From the NCBI GenBank assembly GCA_963707365.1, contig CAVPPI010000004.1, positions 341,469 through 405,468 of the forward strand: a DNA stretch of 64,000 nt. Direction: 5' to 3'. Below the pieces are notes generated by a model. The model was not told the origin of the DNA. It did no database searches and was given only the letters and a program-made list of their open reading frames with translations. Positions 1-8,460 of this stretch are shown here, one piece after another. The translations under genes were made by a program, and so were the position numbers. How positions within the stretch are numbered: position 1 is the first letter of the stretch; each line of letters opens with the position of its first letter. This stretch comes from an uncultured candidate division Zixibacteria bacterium. Its GTDB lineage: Bacteria; Zixibacteria; MSB-5A5; GN15; FEB-12.

Positions 1-271
1 ATTTGAAAGAGGTACTTTCTTCTTGTTCAAAGACGACGCGCTTGTAAAACTCGCATGTAAAACATCTATGGGAGCAGGTTCCAACGCTGTGCCGTGATGA
101 ACACAGGGAATGCGGTACCATCCAGCATGAGCGGCCGGCTCCGAGTCCCCCGTTGAGTCCGTCGTACTTCATAAACGAAGGGACCGGACATTCTCCCAGG
201 ATGGAGGTCATCAGTCCACCCTTTTCTCTGCCGCAGTTTTTGTACTCCCAGCAGTTTAGCTTTTTGGTCAT
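1..271 (-). CDS. two-CW (Cys-rich) domain protein, N-terminal part; gene runs off the window start
   Basis: Absent from the ORF track because it has no stop in the window. Reverse-strand ATG at 271..269 opens MTKKLNCWEYKNCGREKGG...GRSCWMVPHSLC...CFTCEFYKRV. That gives two C-W dipeptides and eight further Cys in 90 aa, matching my memory of the two-CW domain. It starts 9 nt after the stop of the TPR gene. Confidence 0.55.
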   Translation of the reverse strand, partial: MTKKLNCWEYKNCGREKGGLMTSILGECPVPSFMKYDGLNGGLGAGRSCWMVPHSLCSSRHSVGTCSHRCFTCEFYKRVVFEQEESTSFK

Positions 272-280
272 GTGCGAAAC

Positions 281-1141
281 CTATTGCGATTCCACAATTC
301 TCTGGACGCCACTGAAGCGTTGGTCCTCCTGGAAGCTCTTGATCTGGTCGTCGCTGGCCAATTCTATGAATTTTTCATAGCTTTTTTTGACATTTTTGTC
401 ATCTGCCATTGCCAGGTAAGACAGAACCAGGTACTGATGGACCAGAGGGTTTTCGGAGTCAACCGAGCGGGCGTCCTTAAAGTGCTTGATCGCTTTCTTA
501 TACTGTTGCTGTTTAAACCGTGCTTCGCCGAGGCCATAGTAGCCCTGGTAATTTCTGTTGTCGATACTTACGACCTTGTCATAATCGCCGATCGAGGCCA
601 AGACATCACCGCGTGACAGGTAGAGGTCAGCCCGACCCAGGTAAGCGACAACCGAGTTGCCATCTATGTCAATAGCTGCGTTATAACAGGCTATTGCCTG
701 TCCATGGTCTTTTCGCATGCGATAAATCTCGGCCGCGCGGATATAGTCGTCGTAGGCTTCGCGATACATTTTGAGCGCTGCGTACGCCTGGGCCCGGTAA
801 TGGTGAGCATCGGCATGGCTTGGCCTGCGGTCGATGGTCGCGCCGAAGTCTGCGATGGCAGTGGCGTAGTCGGCGCTTTTGAAGGCGGCTTGTCCCGAGT
901 GAAAGAAATCGTCCTCGCCGTATTGCTCGGCTTTTGCGGCCTGGTTCATCGCGGTCAGTGTCACGGCGAGTTTGTAGTTATCGCCGGCGGCGACGGTAAA
1001 GGAACCTTCAACCGGATTGTATCCATCGCTTTCAATGCGGTAGCGATGCGTTCCGGGCTTTATTTTGCTGTATGTCAGGTTACCGGCGCCAAGCACCGAG
1101 CCGTCCATTTCAAATCGCGCCCCGTCAACATTGGCAGCCAA
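281..1141 (-). CDS. PEGA-like domain plus TPR-repeat protein (probable C-terminal fragment of a longer frameshifted gene)
   Basis: The N-terminus ..VDGARFEMDG..GTHRYRIESDGYNPVEGSFTVAAGDNYKLAVTL looks like a PEGA beta-sandwich. Several 34-aa TPR-like units follow (AxAYxxLxxYxEAxxDYxxA). The frame stays open upstream to 1354 with no start codon (..APVESQKVVVQPEPQDPPPTASKS..KVTL). Confidence 0.75.
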   Translation of the reverse strand: MAANVDGARFEMDGSVLGAGNLTYSKIKPGTHRYRIESDGYNPVEGSFTVAAGDNYKLAVTLTAMNQAAKAEQYGEDDFFHSGQAAFKSADYATAIADFGATIDRRPSHADAHHYRAQAYAALKMYREAYDDYIRAAEIYRMRKDHGQAIACYNAAIDIDGNSVVAYLGRADLYLSRGDVLASIGDYDKVVSIDNRNYQGYYGLGEARFKQQQYKKAIKHFKDARSVDSENPLVHQYLVLSYLAMADDKNVKKSYEKFIELASDDQIKSFQEDQRFSGVQRIVESQ

Positions 1142-1292
1142 TGTTACTTTGCTATAAGTCGCATTCGACGTTTTGGCAGAGGCGGATGATTTTGTCGGAG
1201 TGGGTTTGGCCGATGCGGTGGCCTGACTTTTGGTGGCCGTAGTTTTTGTCTCAGGCGCTGATTTACTTGCCGTCGGTGGCGGATCCTGAGGT

Positions 1293-2273
1293 TCAGGCTG
1301 GACTACTACTTTTTGAGATTCGACCGGTGCCGCTTTTGCTAATCGGTGTATTGTCTACTGGCTGTTCGACTTCTCCCGGTCGTAGGAAGACCATGCGAAC
1401 TTCGCCTTCCGTTATGCTTGCCTGCTCAACCTGTACCAACTCATCGTTCAGCAGATACTCTATCTGATAGGTTCCTACCGGAAGGGCTCCTGCCGAAAAG
1501 ACACCGCGGGCATCAGATTGGAAGGACTCCTGTCTTTCGCGAATCCTGATAGTGGCACCGAGCAGATAGGGTTGATCATACTGGTCGAGCACCACGCCGA
1601 CGAGCTGTCCCTGGCCGGTGCCGGACCCGGATGTAAACATGGCAATCATTATGATCATCAGGACGACGAAAACGACGCCAAAGCCGGAGGCCATGTAGGC
1701 CGGTTTGATCTTCTTCGGTTTTAGTATGTATTCGCGATCATTGACTTTCAGTATATCGTTGGTCATCAGGCTGTGGTTGCCCAGAACATGAACGTAGTTC
1801 CTGTAGTAGTAGGCAATACCGGTTCCCTTTTTCGGGCGATTTTCCTTTTTCGGGGACGGGTGTCCCTCAAAGTCCGGCATCAGGGGTGGCTCTTCGGCGA
1901 CCGGTTCAGGATTGGTGGCGTCCAATATGCTCTTTTGCAGTTCCTTCTTTTCCTTGTCTTTCAGATATGAGGCGGAGCCGTACAAATTCTGCTCAATTTT
2001 TTTGATTTCTTCCGCGGAGAGCTTTTTAACAGAGCCGGCCGTGTCTTCGGGCTCTGCCTGAGCCCCTGCTTGCTCGGCAGGATGAACGTCGTATTGGTTA
2101 TAATCTGCTGTTGGGGGGGGTGGGGGTGCGCTGTCGCCTATGGGCGCGCTAAAGGTGCTCGATCTGCATGGGGCTGCGCGAGTCGAATGCCTCTCTCTTA
2201 GCTTCCTGCCGCATAAGATCGGTAGTGCTCTCGATGCCCAGGTCATCATTGTTACGCCTAATAGGCGCCTCAT
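1293..2273 (-). CDS. single-pass membrane protein with CarboxypepD_reg-like domain (probable middle fragment of a frameshifted gene)
   Basis: TM helix GFGVVFVVLMIIMIAMF, followed by LVGVVLDQYDQPYLLGATIRI..DARGVFSAGALPVGTYQIEY (carboxypeptidase-regulatory-like fold). The first ~45 aa of the listed ORF read like out-of-frame sequence overlapping ORF 2149..2475. Confidence 0.65.
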   Translation of the reverse strand: MRRLLGVTMMTWASRALPILCGRKLRERHSTRAAPCRSSTFSAPIGDSAPPPPPTADYNQYDVHPAEQAGAQAEPEDTAGSVKKLSAEEIKKIEQNLYGSASYLKDKEKKELQKSILDATNPEPVAEEPPLMPDFEGHPSPKKENRPKKGTGIAYYYRNYVHVLGNHSLMTNDILKVNDREYILKPKKIKPAYMASGFGVVFVVLMIIMIAMFTSGSGTGQGQLVGVVLDQYDQPYLLGATIRIRERQESFQSDARGVFSAGALPVGTYQIEYLLNDELVQVEQASITEGEVRMVFLRPGEVEQPVDNTPISKSGTGRISKSSSPA

Positions 2274-2475
2274 CGCGGCCCCCTACAAGCTGCCGACTTT
2301 CATCCGTAGCTTCTGTTACAACGAAATCCATATCGGAACTGTCCATTGGTTGGGGGTCGGCCAAATCGCTTTCCCGAACAATGGGATAACCGCAATGGAT
2401 ACAGGTTGTCGTGTCGCTGGATGGTTGTTCGGCCCGGCAGTTGGAACAAACTGTCAAGGGCAATTCTCCCGTCAA
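2149..2475 (-). CDS. zinc-ribbon domain protein (probable N-terminal fragment of the same gene)
   Basis: CSNC..(14 aa)..CIHC forms a two-CxxC zinc ribbon at the N-terminus, followed by an acidic disordered tail. It faces the promoter region at 2476..2675. Confidence 0.6.
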   Translation of the reverse strand: MTGELPLTVCSNCRAEQPSSDTTTCIHCGYPIVRESDLADPQPMDSSDMDFVVTEATDESRQLVGGRDEAPIRRNNDDLGIESTTDLMRQEAKREAFDSRSPMQIEHL

Positions 2476-2586
2476 AAGTTTATGCTCACTATAGAATAAA
2501 TTATCGACTCAAAGGCACATTTCTTTAGATGATAACCTCAGTCCGGTCGTCTGTTTACGTGAGATAAATTCTATTGAAATAAGCAC

Positions 2587-2616
2587 TTGACAATAGTGTC
2601 GAGTAAACGTTATAAT
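2587..2616 (+). promoter_or_regulatory. sigma-70-type promoter for the 2676 lipoprotein gene
   Basis: TTGACA (2587..2592), an 18-nt spacer, then TATAAT (2611..2616). A GGAGGAGGAAG Shine-Dalgarno lies just upstream of the ATG at 2676. Confidence 0.6.
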
Positions 2617-2675
2617 CAAGCTTCGTAAATCTTGGCTTAAAGTTACACCGGTGGCTCCGGAGGAGGAAGAAATAG

Positions 2676-4031
2676 ATGTTTAAGCACGTTAAGCTACTGT
2701 TTTTCTTAGTCTTACTGTCATTCCCCCTGTCACTTTTCTGGGGATGTGATCAGCCAGAGGATGTTGTCACCCCGCTTACTCAGACCAATATCTGGCTCAG
2801 TCCGGAAAAGTTGCCTGACAACCCCGACGGGATGGTATATGAACTTTGGGTAGCCAATGCCACTGATACACTGTCGATTGAGAAGTTCGGATACGATTTT
2901 TCCAGAAGAAAATTCCTCGATACCGAAGGCAGTGACAGGGCTGATTCCAATCAGTTTTTCCTCAATTATGATTTAATGGATTTTACCGATATCCTGCTTT
3001 CGATTGAACTGAATCCTGATGACAATTCGAATTCACCCGGTCCGATTATGCTCATGGATTACACGTCCTCGCAGACTATCAAGATGAAGTTCCCGAAGAT
3101 GGACTCGCTCTGGGCGGCAACGGTCTGGTACTGCATGGAGTCCGCATCCGACGGAATGGATTCATTGACCGACGGATATTCTATCTGGTTGAGTTCCTAC
3201 AATCAGAACACGAGAGACTGGAACGATACTCTTTCAATTGTCAGTTGGGTTGAGACGCCTGAGGTGTTAACCGAGTATGTCTCGGGTGACACCGTGGAAG
3301 TATTCATCGGAATCGATACTCCCACTATTATCACCAAGGATACGGTCAGGGTATACGGTCTGGATATGTTCACTCAGAGTATTGTCAGGTTTGATTCTCT
3401 TCTTGATACTCTGGTGGACGAGCCTTATATCAACGAGCGTCTCTCCATTGAGTATCAGGTTGTGCCGGGCACCATAACGCATGACAACTTCATACAGAAT
3501 GACGAGGACTTCGGGTTCCCGGTCCTTTCCGAGTATGGTTGGAAGTACAAAGGTTGGGTGGTCTCGCCGCAAATCGACTCCACCGCCGTGACCACAAGAA
3601 TAACCATGCCGGCCTGGGTTCTTATCGGTGACGCCCTTAATGAGACCGAAGGCGCCATGCTTACGACGGGTACTTTTGCCGATGTTCGGCACGCGGATGA
3701 TGCCAACCCGTATGTGATGAGTACGCGCGTACCGACTGTTCCCGGCGAAGATTTTCTGACGAACTTGCCCGGTGGGATATCGGCTGTTAATCTGGTGCCC
3801 AACAATAATGGAAATCCGGGTCGTGTGTTTATCTCTCTGGAACCGGACAACTACAATTGTGACACGACGAATTTCCCGCTCATACCTTTTATAGGTGAGC
3901 TGCCGGAATTCCGTGACTCGGTAACCGCTGATGACAATATCCAGCAGTTCTATCTCAGAGGCTGGATGCAAGACGAGAGCGACCCGTTCACCGGCTTCCC
4001 CTGGATCAAGGTTACCATAGAAAGATTCTAA
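2676..4031 (+). CDS. lipoprotein of unknown function
   Basis: Signal peptide with lipobox (..LSLFWG/C). No enzyme motif recognised. Two modules loosely resemble an anti-sigma-K (RskA) C-terminal domain (VYELWVA...LLSIELNPDDNSNSPGPIM and KYKGWVV...VFISLEPDNYN). Confidence 0.7.
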   Translation: MFKHVKLLFFLVLLSFPLSLFWGCDQPEDVVTPLTQTNIWLSPEKLPDNPDGMVYELWVANATDTLSIEKFGYDFSRRKFLDTEGSDRADSNQFFLNYDLMDFTDILLSIELNPDDNSNSPGPIMLMDYTSSQTIKMKFPKMDSLWAATVWYCMESASDGMDSLTDGYSIWLSSYNQNTRDWNDTLSIVSWVETPEVLTEYVSGDTVEVFIGIDTPTIITKDTVRVYGLDMFTQSIVRFDSLLDTLVDEPYINERLSIEYQVVPGTITHDNFIQNDEDFGFPVLSEYGWKYKGWVVSPQIDSTAVTTRITMPAWVLIGDALNETEGAMLTTGTFADVRHADDANPYVMSTRVPTVPGEDFLTNLPGGISAVNLVPNNNGNPGRVFISLEPDNYNCDTTNFPLIPFIGELPEFRDSVTADDNIQQFYLRGWMQDESDPFTGFPWIKVTIERF

Positions 4032-4053
4032 GCTACTGTTGCTCTAATTTTAG

Positions 4054-4092
4054 AAGGCCGGCGTGTATAAACCACGCCGGCCTTTCTTGTTC
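4054..4092 (+). terminator. rho-independent terminator
   Basis: 12-bp stem AAGGCCGGCGTG (4054..4065) / CACGCCGGCCTT (4073..4084), loop TATAAAC, then a T-rich tail. It lies inside the N-terminal extension of track ORF 4063, which argues for the later start at 4216. Confidence 0.75.
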
Positions 4093-4215
4093 AAAACCGG
4101 GCACCATACTAGTTTTAGCTTGCCAATCGTTGGTGTAAACCATATATTCGAACCAATTTTTGTCGATAGTGGTCGTAACTTATTAACAAATATAGCCTTA
4201 ACGGGAGAATTACGG

Positions 4216-5154
4216 ATGGGAACAGGCTTGATTTCAGCCGTGATCGGTGTAGTAGGACTGGCCTTTGCACTGATTCTGTTCACCTTTATCAAGAATAAGC
4301 CGTCGGGAACCGATCTGATGAAGGAAATTTCAGGGGTCATTCACGATGGCGCCATGGTTTTTCTGAAGCGGGAATACTCAATTCTCGCTATCTTCGTCAT
4401 TCTGGTTTTTGCGCTTCTGGCGTGGAAGATCAGACTTGAGACGGGTTATGCCTTCCTGGGCGGAGCTGCTTGCTCAATGTTGGCCGGCTTTTTCGGGATG
4501 AAGGCAGCGACGCGGGCTAATGTTCGCACTACTGCGGCGGCTAAGGATCTTGGGCAACCTGCGGCTCTCTCAATAGCTTTCAGTGGCGGAGCTGTCATGG
4601 GGATGTCGGTAGCCTCATTGGGTTTGATCGGTGTTGGTGTCGCCTATCACTTTTTCGGTGACAACCCTCTCCATGCCAGTGTCATAAACGGCTTTGCCAT
4701 GGGCGCGTCTTCTATCGCCCTGTTTGCCCGTGTCGGGGGCGGCATTTTTACCAAGGCAGCCGATGTCGGGGCAGATCTGGTGGGTAAAGTTGAAGCGGGA
4801 ATTCCTGAGGATGATCCGAGGAATCCTGCCGTGATTGCCGACAATGTCGGTGATAATGTAGGCGATACTGCGGGTATGGGCGCGGATCTTTTTGAATCAT
4901 ATGTCGGTTCGGTTATCGCGACGATAGCAATAGCGGCTACTTCCAGCGCCATCCCCGATGTAGCCAGAGGGGCTCACATGCAGCTTCCGCTGATGATTGT
5001 CGCTTTCGGGGCAATAGCTTCGATTCTGGGGATTCTTTCGGTGTGGGTGTTTTCGAAGATGAATCCGGCTGCCACTCTTCGCCTTGGTTACTTATGTCGG
5101 CGCGGCTCTCATGCTTGCGGCTTCGTGGGTGATTATCGACAAGTTGGCCCTTGA
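4216..5154 (+). CDS. hppA: K+-dependent-type membrane-bound pyrophosphatase, N-terminal fragment (frame break near 5075..5085)
   Basis: [18 protein letters not shown].., [20 protein letters not shown], and [21 protein letters not shown] are canonical H+/Na+-PPase motifs. The start is moved to ATG 4216 (GGGAGA SD), downstream of the terminator. The tail ..[14 protein letters not shown] is out-of-frame sequence. Confidence 0.9.
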   Translation: MGTGLISAVIGVVGLAFALILFTFIKNKPSGTDLMKEISGVIHDGAMVFLKREYSILAIFVILVFALLAWKIRLETGYAFLGGAACSMLAGFFGMKAATRANVRTTAAAKDLGQPAALSIAFSGGAVMGMSVASLGLIGVGVAYHFFGDNPLHASVINGFAMGASSIALFARVGGGIFTKAADVGADLVGKVEAGIPEDDPRNPAVIADNVGDNVGDTAGMGADLFESYVGSVIATIAIAATSSAIPDVARGAHMQLPLMIVAFGAIASILGILSVWVFSKMNPAATLRLGYLCRRGSHACGFVGDYRQVGP

Positions 5155-6199
5155 CAGAAAGATATTCTGGGCTATTCTGGCCGGTAATCTTGCCGGAATA
5201 GTATTGGGTTTGCTAACTGAATACTACACGGCATCGAAGCCGATCAGGCGGATAGCCGAGGCTTCACTTACGGGCTCAGCTACAAATATCATAGCTGGAC
5301 TGGCCGTAGGCATGCAATCAGTGTTGCTTCCGATTATTGTTATCTGCGGAGCTATCTACACCGGGTATTCATTCGCCGGGCTTTATGGTATCGGCATTGC
5401 CGGTGTCGGAATGCTGGCCACAATAGGCGTTACGATGTCGGTCGATGCTTACGGGCCGATTGCTGATAACGCCGGTGGTATTTCCGAAATGGCTGGTCTG
5501 GGTCCGGATGTTCGGGCTATAACTGACAGGTTGGATTCGCTTGGTAACACCACTGCCGCTATCGGCAAGGGGTTCGCTATCGGTTCGGCAGCTTTAACGG
5601 CGCTGGCATTGTTCTCCGCTTATTCATCTGCCGTCGGGCTGACCGTGATTAGCATTCTTGAGCCGAAAGTCGTGATAGGGTTTTTCATAGGAGGCGTTTT
5701 GCCGTTCTTCGTGGCAGCGCTTACAATGACTGCCGTGGGTAAAGCGGCCCAAAAAATGGTCGAGGAGGTTCGGCGTCAGTTCCGTGAAATCAAGGGTCTC
5801 ATGGAAGGCACGGCAAAACCGGACACCACAAAATGTGTTGATATCGCTACCAAGGGGGCTCTTCAGCAGATGATTGTCCCCGGTTTGACGGCGGTACTGT
5901 CACCGATTATTATCGGTTCTTTGTTGGGCAAAGAAGGTCTTGGCGGAATGCTGGCCGGGGCGACTATGTCGGGTGTCATGCTGGCCCTGATGATGGCCAA
6001 TGCGGGTGGCGCCTGGGATAACGCCAAAAAGTATATTGAAGCGGGCGCTCACGGGGGTAAAGGCTCCGATGCGCACAAGGCCGCCGTTGTGGGTGATACA
6101 GTAGGTGATCCTTTTAAGGATACCTCAGGACCGTCGATGAACATCCTGATTAAGCTTATGGCTATTGTATCGCTGGTGGTTGGGCCGTACTTATTTTAA
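5084..6199 (+). CDS. hppA: membrane-bound pyrophosphatase, C-terminal fragment
   Basis: [51 protein letters not shown] and [22 protein letters not shown] are all present. Ala in GNTTA-A is the residue that marks K+-dependent enzymes (Lys in K+-independent ones). Confidence 0.9.
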   Translation: MVTYVGAALMLAASWVIIDKLALDRKIFWAILAGNLAGIVLGLLTEYYTASKPIRRIAEASLTGSATNIIAGLAVGMQSVLLPIIVICGAIYTGYSFAGLYGIGIAGVGMLATIGVTMSVDAYGPIADNAGGISEMAGLGPDVRAITDRLDSLGNTTAAIGKGFAIGSAALTALALFSAYSSAVGLTVISILEPKVVIGFFIGGVLPFFVAALTMTAVGKAAQKMVEEVRRQFREIKGLMEGTAKPDTTKCVDIATKGALQQMIVPGLTAVLSPIIIGSLLGKEGLGGMLAGATMSGVMLALMMANAGGAWDNAKKYIEAGAHGGKGSDAHKAAVVGDTVGDPFKDTSGPSMNILIKLMAIVSLVVGPYLF

Positions 6200-6221
6200 T
6201 TCGATAGGTTGAGAACTTTTA

Positions 6222-6256
6222 GGGGATATGTCGAGTGATATATCCCCTTTTTTTTC
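6222..6256 (+). terminator. rho-independent terminator after hppA
   Basis: GGGGATAT (6222..6229) / ATATCCCC (6240..6247), followed by a run of eight or more T. Confidence 0.8.
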
Positions 6257-6366
6257 TTCCTATTCGAATAATCTCCTTTATCTTAGGTATTACCTTGCAA
6301 AGAACCAGAGGCAATGAAACTTTTGTAGGGTATCTTCGTTAAATCTAAACATAAGAGGAGGTTGCT

Positions 6367-7086
6367 GTGCACCAGACAAATATGGTGGAGGCTTCTACGT
6401 CTCAACAGAGTGTCAAAAACCTGTCGTTCAAAGGGCTCTGGCAGGTATTCTATCAGCCTTCGGCGTTTTTCGAGCAACTGAAAAATGACCCTAAGATTCT
6501 TGTTCCTTATATAGTGGTTGGCATCTTGCTTCTCGCCTCTTTTTGGCTGATAGCTGATCTCATCGTGCAGGTGCAATTGGATTCGCCTGAGTTGATGGAA
6601 CGAATGCAGGGGCAGGAGGTCACGCCGGGCATACTCAAAGTGATGAAAATCAGTTCCATCGTTTTTCCGACTCTGGCGTTTCTCATCTATCCTTTGGTGG
6701 TCGCCGTGGTGGTGATGATATTCGGCAATTTCGTTATGGCGGGGCAGGCCACATTCAAACAAACGCTTTCGGTGGCGCTCTACGGTACTCTCGTTTTCGT
6801 TGTGGGTATTCTGGTTTTGACTCCAATGATTCTCGCCAAAGGTTCTATAATGGTGTCGTTGTCTCTGGGTGTTCTGGCGGCATCGCAGGGACCTGAGAGC
6901 GTTGTCTATCAGGCATTGTCAAAAATCGGGCTTTTTAACATTTGGGAAATAATCGTTGTAGGTATTGGATTGTCAATAGTATATGGAGTGGCGCGCAACA
7001 AAGGTTACCTGTTGTCTGTCCTATCAATAGGTTTGTTATCTTTGATTAGCGTGCTATGGACATGGCTTTCAAAAGCGGTATTCTAA
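6367..7086 (+). CDS. Yip1-domain integral membrane protein
   Basis: GTG start 6 nt after GGAGG. The N-terminal ..FKGLWQVFYQPSAFFEQLKNDPKILVPYIVV.. is followed by five hydrophobic helices, typical of the bacterial Yip1/DUF1282 topology. Confidence 0.7.
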   Translation: MHQTNMVEASTSQQSVKNLSFKGLWQVFYQPSAFFEQLKNDPKILVPYIVVGILLLASFWLIADLIVQVQLDSPELMERMQGQEVTPGILKVMKISSIVFPTLAFLIYPLVVAVVVMIFGNFVMAGQATFKQTLSVALYGTLVFVVGILVLTPMILAKGSIMVSLSLGVLAASQGPESVVYQALSKIGLFNIWEIIVVGIGLSIVYGVARNKGYLLSVLSIGLLSLISVLWTWLSKAVF

Positions 7087-7098
7087 AGGAGACCTTAG

Positions 7099-8415
7099 AT
7101 GAAATTTGATTTGGGCAAAACGCTGGTTTTTTTAGTGCTTATTACACTTGTAAGTGTGAATGTGGGGGCTCAGGGGAATAAGCTGACTCTGGATGATTGT
7201 ATCGAGATGGCTCTTCAGAACCGGTATTCTATTATTGCAGCACGCGGTTCTGAGGATTTGGCAAAGGCAAACCAAAGGTCGGCACTCGGTGCATTTCTGC
7301 CGAGAGTAAACGCCAGCTACTCGTACTATGAATCGAAGCAGCGTGATCTGAAAACCTGGGTCGAAGGTCAGCCGGAGGTGCAGCAGGCGGATCAGGACGG
7401 AAGCAGTGAGACAATAACCGCGTCAGCGACCATGACTCTTTTTGATCTGGCAAATTTCTTTGACTATGCCAGTGCGCGGGCGAGTAGAGCGCAGGCCAGG
7501 TTGGATGTCATCAATTCAGAGCAGGACCTGATTTATTCGGTCAAGTTGTCGTACTATGCATACCTTGCAAGTGTCGAGAACGTCAAAGTGCAGGAACAGG
7601 CTGTGGCCAGAAGCGAGGAGCAATTGAAACTCATCACTTCGCGCTACGATCTCGGCTCGGCATCAAAGTCTGACGTTTTGAAACAGAAAGTTCAGTATGG
7701 TAATGACAGGCTTGCGCTATTGAGGGCCACGAATTCGGTTGTTACTTCGAAGGCCAGCCTGGCCTTTACAATCGGTTTGGATCCTGCCAGAGAGGTCGAG
7801 TTTTCCGCCGACTATGACGTGCGAGAATATTCCGGGTCAATGGATGAGGCGCTTACCTTTGGGCTTACTCACGAACCGGGACTTCTGGCGACTGAAAAGC
7901 AGCTTGCGGCCGCAAAGCAGGCGGTTCGTTCAGGTTTCTCCAGCTATCTTCCCACCCTCTCCGGTTCAGCTTCGTATTCGATTTCCGAGGGTACTTCGGG
8001 AGACACGCTTCTGTACAACTCTTCATCCAACTCAACGCGCTATGGCGTCACGGCAGCCTGGACCGTATTTGACGGGTTCATCAGGGAAGGTCAGGTTACC
8101 TCGGCGAAAGTGAGTCGCAACAACGCCAGGGCCGCTTTGGCCGATACGCGGAATCTCGTTGTCCAGGAAATCAAGACGGCATATTTTGATTCCGAGCAGC
8201 AGAAACTGGCCAAGGAAGTTGCGAATGAAAATGTCGATGCTGCGAATGAGGATCTTAAGATAACACAGGAGAAATACAATTTAGGGGCGGCCACGATTCT
8301 GGATCTGTTGGATGCTCAGGTGTCGCTGAAACAGGCGCAGGTTTCTTTGATTCAGGCGGATTTTGACCTTAATCTGGCCATTGCGCGGCTTGAAAACGCC
8401 ATGGGCAAGATGTAA
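7099..8415 (+). CDS. TolC-family outer-membrane efflux protein
   Basis: Signal peptide, LTLDDCIEMALQNRYSI opening, duplicated coiled-coil/barrel halves, and a C-terminal ..DLNLAIARLENAMG. Confidence 0.9.
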   Translation: MKFDLGKTLVFLVLITLVSVNVGAQGNKLTLDDCIEMALQNRYSIIAARGSEDLAKANQRSALGAFLPRVNASYSYYESKQRDLKTWVEGQPEVQQADQDGSSETITASATMTLFDLANFFDYASARASRAQARLDVINSEQDLIYSVKLSYYAYLASVENVKVQEQAVARSEEQLKLITSRYDLGSASKSDVLKQKVQYGNDRLALLRATNSVVTSKASLAFTIGLDPAREVEFSADYDVREYSGSMDEALTFGLTHEPGLLATEKQLAAAKQAVRSGFSSYLPTLSGSASYSISEGTSGDTLLYNSSSNSTRYGVTAAWTVFDGFIREGQVTSAKVSRNNARAALADTRNLVVQEIKTAYFDSEQQKLAKEVANENVDAANEDLKITQEKYNLGAATILDLLDAQVSLKQAQVSLIQADFDLNLAIARLENAMGKM

Positions 8416-8460
8416 GCGTAGGCAGTGCCGCTGCGTATAAATATGAAGAGGTGAGATGGA

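Noticed and set aside
2113-2126. The G8 and G5 homopolymers as a phase-variation or slippage tract causing the nearby frame break.
   Set aside because: The tract is read in frame as Pro5 (..SAPPPPPTADY..). It lies downstream of the stop at 2149..2151, so it cannot account for the break. It remains a site to check for length errors.
4063-4215. N-terminal extensions of track ORFs: hppA from 4063, the outer-membrane gene from 29513, the PAS-LuxR gene from 32490, and aroQ from 62991.
   Set aside because: The 4063 extension contains the upstream terminator hairpin. The others overlap neighbouring genes or read as non-protein-like sequence. In each case an internal ATG with an SD and/or a signal peptide gives a family-typical N-terminus.
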